Assembly: GCA_950097015.1 (NCBI GenBank)
Contig: CATNEN010000001.1
Span: forward strand, 8,680,001-8,744,000
Direction of reading: 5' to 3'
Length of the DNA stretch: 64,000 bases
Source: Macrostomum hystrix
Taxonomy: Eukaryota; Animalia; Platyhelminthes
This document shows, piece by piece, positions 57,701 to 64,000 of the stretch. The notes below the pieces were generated by a model. That model was not told the origin of the DNA. It did no database searches and was given only the letters and a program-made list of their open reading frames with translations. The position numbers and the translations under genes were made by a program. The first letter of the stretch is position 1, and every line of letters starts with the position of its first letter.

Positions 57701-60700
57701 GTATGAGCAGTGTCTACTCAATGGTATGAGCAGTGTCTACTCATAAGCACGAGCAGTGTCTACTCAGTGGTATGAGCAGTGTCTACTCAGTGGTATGAGC
57801 AGTGTCTACTCTGTGGTATGAGCAGTGTCTACTCATAAGTTTGAGCAGTGTGTACTCAGTGGTATGAGCAGTGTCTACTCATAAGTATGAGCAGTGTGTA
57901 CTCAGTGGTATGAGCAGTGTCTACTCATAAGTATGAGCAGTGTCTACTCATAAGTATGAGCAGTGTGTACTCAGTGGTATGAGCAGTATCTACTCAGTGC
58001 TATGAGAAGTGTCTACTCAGTGGTATGAGCAGTGTCTACTCAGTGGTATGAGCAGTGTCTACTCAGTGGTATGAGCAGTGTCTACTCATAAGTATGAGCA
58101 GTGTGTACTCAGTGGTATGAGCAGTGTCTACTCATAAGTATGAGCAGTGTGTACTCAGTGGTATGAGCAGTGTCTACTCATAAGTATGAGCAGTGTGTAC
58201 TCAGTGGTATGAGCAGTGTCTACTCATAAGTATGAGCAGTGTGTACTCAGTGGTATGAGCAGTATCTACTCAGTGCTATGAGAAGTGTCTACTCAGTGGT
58301 ATGAGCAGTGTCTACTCAGTGGTATGAGCAGTGTCTACTCAGTGGTATGAGCAGTGTCTACTCATAAGTATGAGCAGTGTGTACTCAGTGGTATGAGCAG
58401 TATCTACTCAGTGCTATGAGAAGTGTCTACTCATAAGCACGAGCAGTGTCTACTCAGTGGTATGAGCAGTGTCTACTCAGTGGTATGAGCAGTGTCTACT
58501 CATAAGTATGAGCAGTGTCTACTCATAAGTATGAGCAGTGTGTACTCAGTGGTATGAGCAGTGTCTACTCAGTGCTATGAGAAGTGTCTACTCATAAGCA
58601 CGAGCAGTGTCTACTCAGTGGTATGAGCAGTGTCTACTCAGTGGTATGAGCAGTGTCTACTCAGTGGTATGAGCAGTGTCTACTCATAAGTATGAGCAGT
58701 GTCTACTCATAAGTATGAGCAGTGTGTACTCAGTGGTATGAGCAGTGTCTACTCATAAGTATGAGCAGTGTGTACTCAGTGGTATGAGCAGTGTCTACTC
58801 ATAAGTATGAGCAGTGTCTACTCATAAGTATGAGCAGTATCTACTCATAAGTATGAGCAGTGTGTACTCATAAGTATGAGCAGTGTCTACTCATAAGTAT
58901 GAGCAGTGTCTACTCATAATATGAGCAGTGTCTACTGAAAAGTGAGCAGTGTCTATTCAATACTATATGAAAAGTAATTTAAGCTATAATTCAAGACTGA
59001 TTTTTTCTTACCTTCAGAATTTCGCTTGACCCTATTACCTGTGCTTCTCCTGTCACTCATTGAAATATTAAAGTACAAAATCTGAACACCGTTAATTTGA
59101 GTTTGGGCCTTTTTCAATCCTTTTTTATGCACTTTAAAGGTCCTTGAGCAGATTCAGTGGTTCAGCAAGGCTTTCATACATGCTTTTAAAAGTATAAAGA
59201 CTAGGCTACGTATTTTAACCCTACAGAAAGACCTCAGGGTACATCACGATAGCTCCTAAAAGGAATGACCGAATTTCGTGAAAGTCCACTACTGTCGGTG
59301 GCAGAGCGGTTATCGCGTTCGCCTCTCGCACCAAGGTCCCTAAGTTCGATTCCATGGCGAGGCCGCATTTATTTGGGGCGCAGCCGCAGACACAAGGCTT
59401 TGGGCTTTGGGCTTGAGAGTGAGTGTACACTCTCACTATCCAGATGTACACACCTGTGTGAGCGTGTGCCTGCGTACAGTATCTGTGTGCGTGTGTGCTC
59501 AGGAGTCAGCGAAATGGGCAGGTGTTTCATAGTACAGCGCGGAAAAATTGAAGCCCGTGTTATGGATTTTAATGACAATCCTTTCCTAGATCATTTATCG
59601 TACCAAGTTGTTTTGTTTAACTATGAAACAGTTTTCTGAGAGCAGCTGCTCAACATGTTAGCATTTTTTATTACTGCGCAATTCGAGTTCACATTAATTT
59701 CCGCGATGGATTTCTAGGGTAGTGAAAACAACGAAAAAATTGATTCGTGGAAAAAAAGCAAAACGATTTGTAGTAAAAAAATCATGTCACGACTAATGGC
59801 ACATCATTTGGTGACACTGGACCCCACAGCCAGCGAGGCATATTCAGCCTATTTCTCTGATTCCTGAGCACACACGCACACAGATACTGTACGCAGGCAC
59901 TCGCTCACTCAGGTGTGTACATCTGACCTGACTTTCTCATCGTCAGGCAGTGTACACTCTCACTGTGCCTTGGAGGTTGGCCCTCAAGGGCGTAAACTGC
60001 CTTCTCTCCGCGGCTGCGCCCAAATGACAGCGGCCTCTATCGTAATTAAAAATCATCGAGCAAATTTAATTAGGCCATAGACAATTGTTTATTAGTTCAG
60101 CATATTGAGGTGATGTTGCTTCCGATAACTAAAAATTCAATTTATTTTCAGCCCGTTTCCCTACTGTGACGGTTGTACACAATCAGTGCGCAATGGTACC
60201 GCAGTCCATCGGCACAGTACGACCAGTAGCCAATCAGTTCACAGTTACCAGGTCCCACCTGAATTTTTGGCTGGAGGCCACCCAGCTGATGGAGACATTA
60301 CCTGGTACTGGGCCAATATGCATACCCTGGTCATGGTACTTTAGGGTACTTAAAGACTATCAGATCTTATTCAGTTTAGATTCTGAACCTTCAGATCTCA
60401 TTCAGTTTAGATTCTGAACATTCAGATCTCATTCAGTTTAGATTCTGAACATTCAGATCTCATTCAGTTTAGATTCTGAACATTCAGATCTCATTCAGTT
60501 TAGATTCTGAACATTCAGATCTCATTCAGTTTAGATTCTGAACATTCAGATCTCATTCAGTTTAGATTCTGAACATTCAGATCTCATTCAGTTTCGATTC
60601 TGAACCTTCAGATCTCATTCAGTTTAGATTCTGAACATTCAGATCTCATTCAGTTTAGATTCTGAATATTCAGATCTCATTCAGTTTAGATTCTGAACAT

Positions 60701-63335
60701 TCAGATCTCATTCAGTTTAGATTCTGAACATTCAGATCTCATTCAGTTTAGATTCTGAACATTCAGATCTCATTCAGTTTAGATTCTGAACATTCAGATC
60801 TCATTTAGTTTAGATTCTGAACCTTCAGATCTCATTCAGTTTAGATTCTGAACCTTCAGATCTCATTCAGTTTAGATTCTGAACATTCAGATCTCATTCA
60901 GTTTAGATTCTGAACCTTCAGATCTCATTCAGTTTAGATTCTGAACCTTCAGATCTCATTCAGTTTAGATTCTGAACCTTCAGATCTCATTCAGTTTAGA
61001 TTCTGAACCTTCAGATCTCATTCAGTTTAGATTCTGAACAGTCAGATCTCATTCAGTTTAGATTCTGAACATTCAGATCTCATTCAGTTTAGATTCTGAA
61101 CATTCAGATCTCATTCAGTTTAGATTCTGAACCTTCAGATCTCATTCAGTTTAGATTCTGAACATTCAGATCTCATTCAGTTTAGATTCTGAACCTTCAG
61201 ATCTCATTTAGTTTAGATTCTGAACCTTCAGATCTCATTCAGTTTAGATTCTGAACCTTCAGATCTCATTCAGTTTAGATTCTGAACAGTCAGATCTCAT
61301 TCAGTTTAGATTCTGAACATTCAGATCTCATTCAGTTTAGTTTAAAAAAACGAATATTTAATGTACCCTTTAAAGGTGATTGCTTACCTCAATGTTAATC
61401 ATTATTAATTGTTAATTATAGTTTTTTTTCTTGTTTAGAAGTTTAGCTTATTTTATATTATGCTAATTCTATTTGATTAAAATCTTCTTATTACATCAGT
61501 GTCACTAATGATTTTGCTTGTTTGTAAAAAATTGCATTTTGATAATTTCTTGAACTCACACACTATTATTCGCGCCCTTAATGTGCTAAATCGTTTGTTT
61601 ACGCAAATTTAGGAGACTGAAAAAGTTTTTTGTCTCTTTCTTATAATATTATCAGGTACAAGTTCATAACAAATAGTCACTATGTACTTATGGTTTATAG
61701 TGACTGTTACCAAGTGTAGTAAAATCACTGCAAAGTAAAGTGACGAAAATTTGCTTGCAGCCCTTGCCAGACCAAATGTTTCAACGGCTCGAGTCTTCTA
61801 GCTAGGAACACTGCAGATCCTAATGATGATGTTCAATGGTGAGATTATTTCCAACCAGGCTTACAGCTCCGCCTGATCAGTGCTTTGGCTCTGAAAACAC
61901 TCCACCGTTAAAGTCAATGCGAACTTTTTGAGTTCGTTGGCTATAGCTAGTTTATTTTGTCTCCACTGACTGTCTGTGTCTCCTGTCTCTCATCTCCTGT
62001 CTCTCGTCTCCTGTCTCTCATCTCCTGTCTCCAATCTCCTGTCTCTTATCTCCTGTTTCGCATTTCGTGTTTCTCATCTCCTGTCTCCAATCTCCTGTCT
62101 CTCATCTCCTGTCTCTTATCTCCTGTCTCTAATCTCCTGTTTCTCATCTCCTGTCTCTTATCTCATGTCTCTCATCTCCTGTCTCTTATCTCCTGTCTCT
62201 CATCTCCTGTCTCTCATCTCCTGTCTCCAATCTCCTGTCTCTCATCTCCTGTCTCTCGTCTCTTGTCTCTCGTCTCCTGTCTCTCGTCTCCTGTCTCTCG
62301 TCTCCTGTCTCTCGTCTCCTGTCTCTCATCTACTGCCTCTCATCTCCTGTCTCTCATCTCCTGTCTCTCATCTCCTGTCTCTCGTCTCCTGTCTCTCGTC
62401 TCCTGTCTCTCGTCTCCTGTCTCTCATCTCATGTCTCTCATCTCTCTCCTTGTCCTATTTATCTTACCTTTGCTTTAAGCTACTAGTCTAGCCAAAGGAC
62501 ACTATTTTATTTAGTTTTTCACTAGCACAGGTTTTGGTTAATTTTGACAGAAAAGAAGATATCACTCGAAATATGTCCGAGCTTCTATTTATTTTTGTTT
62601 TTTTGTATTTCTCACTTTCTAATTGTTGTGAAATCGTTGTCAGTGTTGTTCTAATCGTGGAATCATGAAACTGGCTGTTTTGTGTTTTCGTTAGCAACAT
62701 ATTATAAATTTTCTGTGCATGAAAATCTTATCAAATTAAATTATCTTTGTTATCTTGATCATGCACACAATAAGGAATCATTTTTTTACCCGCAGGTCCG
62801 TAATCTTCTTTGTCAACAGAAGCCAAAGCCTTTGGATTATTCAACTGGTGGTGGCTTTGATTAGTCTAACAGAGACCTGTCTAGTCACCTATTTGGGCTA
62901 CAAGGTAAACTTAGATAACAACTATTATTTTGAATGTTTTTGACAGGTCTAATATGAAATCAAAGCCTGTACGCAACCTAAACTTGCAGGGCAACATTTG
63001 GTACAACATCTTGGCTCCATCGTTTTTGCTAGAGTTGATAAACACGTTGCCCTTCATTGTTACCGTGAGTGTCATTTTGAAGCCTACAGTTTCTGAAATA
63101 GATTAGACTATAGATAAGATAAGATAAGTAACATTAGATTAGACTAGAATAGAGTAGATTACCCTAGATTAGACGAGATTAGACTAGGTTAGATTAGATG
63201 AGATTAGCCAAAACTGACAATCTTGCCTCAACCCTGCTAATTTTTTTACAGATCTTCTCAGCTCAACTTCGATGTCTGTTCGTCCCAGTGTTTCTCAACT
63301 GTTGGTTGGCAAAAAAGCAGCTGGAGCAGATGTTT
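48782..63335 (+). CDS. KCNT1/slo-2: Slo2/KCNT sodium-activated potassium channel, 5' coding exons (continues beyond window)
   Basis: Exons 48782-48894 ([16 protein letters not shown]), 53027-53209 ([34 protein letters not shown]), 60152-60304, 62796-62904, 62990-63064 ([18 protein letters not shown]) and 63252-63335 ([13 protein letters not shown]) are in frame and match the KCNT1 N-terminus and S1-S4. Confidence 0.93.
52163..52353 (+). CDS. Candidate alternative first coding exon of the KCNT gene
   Basis: ATG-initiated 63 codons (MSWWFARC...DQDFE) ending CA|GTGAGT in phase 2, compatible with the acceptor at 53026. Confidence 0.5.
53812..54540. repeat. 23-bp satellite (ATGAGCAGTGTCTACTCAATGGT), ~30 copies
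   Basis: Tandem array in a KCNT intron. Confidence 0.95.
55861..58960. repeat. 23-bp satellite, ~130 copies with variant units and higher-order blocks
   Basis: Same unit as 53812-54540, with linker variants ATGG/GTGG/TAAG/TAAA/GTGC. Confidence 0.95.
60361..61340. repeat. 31-bp minisatellite (CAGATCTCATTCAGTTTAGATTCTGAACATT), ~31 copies
   Basis: Tandem array starting ~56 bp after KCNT exon 60152-60304. Confidence 0.95.
61975..62445. repeat. 14-bp minisatellite (CTCATCTCCTGTCT)
   Basis: Tandem repeats with variants. Confidence 0.9.
63100..63207. repeat. Degenerate (ATTAG/ATAAG)n microsatellite
   Basis: Pentamer repeats in a KCNT intron. Confidence 0.7.
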
Positions 63336-64000
63336 GTGAGTTGAATAATCTGATCTTTGACAAGCCGCAAGAATCGTAGATAGAATCGTAGATAGAGTCG
63401 CAGATAGAGTCGCAGATGGAATCGTAGATATAATCTTAGATATATTTTGGATAGAATCGTAAAAAGAATCTTACAGTCCATTAGCTAAAATCGTAGAAAT
63501 AATGTCTTCTAAAAGCCATTCTGTTGCTCCATTCCGTTGAGTTATTAAAAATGAATAATTAATAACTTAAGCTGCGATCTCTGCACCAGAGAAAGCCGAA
63601 GACACTCAGGCGAGGATAAAAATGCGTGAATATCCTATATCAGCCCTTAAAACTTCTATTTACGTGACCCTGGGTAAACTTAAAAGTATATATTTAATAA
63701 ACTTTAGGGAAAAGCGACCTCATAAACAATATATTCTTATATTGTTTCTATATCCTTTCTCTCTCCAGGGCCACATCAAATTGAACATTTAAAATAGCAG
63801 CTAATAATTTGATTCTCTAGCTAAATATAGAAAATACCAGACACCAGAATGTACTATAACCATTTATTATTTTTGCTTAGCTTGATTGCAAAATCAAATT
63901 CAAATTTAGGCTATGAAGATTTCATAACATCAAACTTTTTGCAGAGAAAACAAATTAACTTGCATATTTACAAGTATAAGTATTTATCTCGGTATTGAAA

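Noticed and set aside
53812-58960. CRISPR-like array (palindromic repeat with variable linkers)
   Set aside because: Linkers are only 4-5 nt and reused, there are no unique spacers or cas genes, and the context is a eukaryotic intron. It is a satellite.
59295-59370. tRNA gene
   Set aside because: The A/B boxes belong to the SINE head and continue into the SINE body. No complete cloverleaf or terminator.
60361-61340. 31-bp repeat of CRISPR-repeat length
   Set aside because: Units are directly adjacent with no spacers.

Overview
AT-rich, intron-containing invertebrate (metazoan) genomic DNA, dense in transposons and satellites. The style resembles a free-living flatworm such as Macrostomum, which is a guess only. 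Two conserved genes anchor the ends: the 5' exons of an FHOD formin (minus strand, running off the left edge) and the 5' exons of a KCNT/Slo2 potassium channel (plus strand, running off the right edge). Between them lies an accessory block. It holds a low-complexity ~790-aa gene, a divergently oriented pair of atypical TKL-like kinases (DFD/DFE instead of DFG, no Gly-rich loop, unassigned C-terminal domain), and a small secreted precursor (signal peptide, acidic pro-piece, KKR, RRWRRFIWR, 51 prolines). It also holds a cluster of four 5-exon genes for secreted proteins made of a PAN/Apple-like domain plus an ALK/LTK-type glycine-rich domain. Mobile DNA includes a full-length LOA/R1-group LINE (APE-RT-RNase H) whose first base is the G1 of a hand-folded HDV-like ribozyme, and a tRNA-derived SINE sharing a 3' stem-loop with that LINE. 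There are also P-type elements (including a 35-bp probable excision footprint), plus mariner, Crypton and DIRS relics and several minisatellites. All splice models and RNA folds were read by eye and are unverified.
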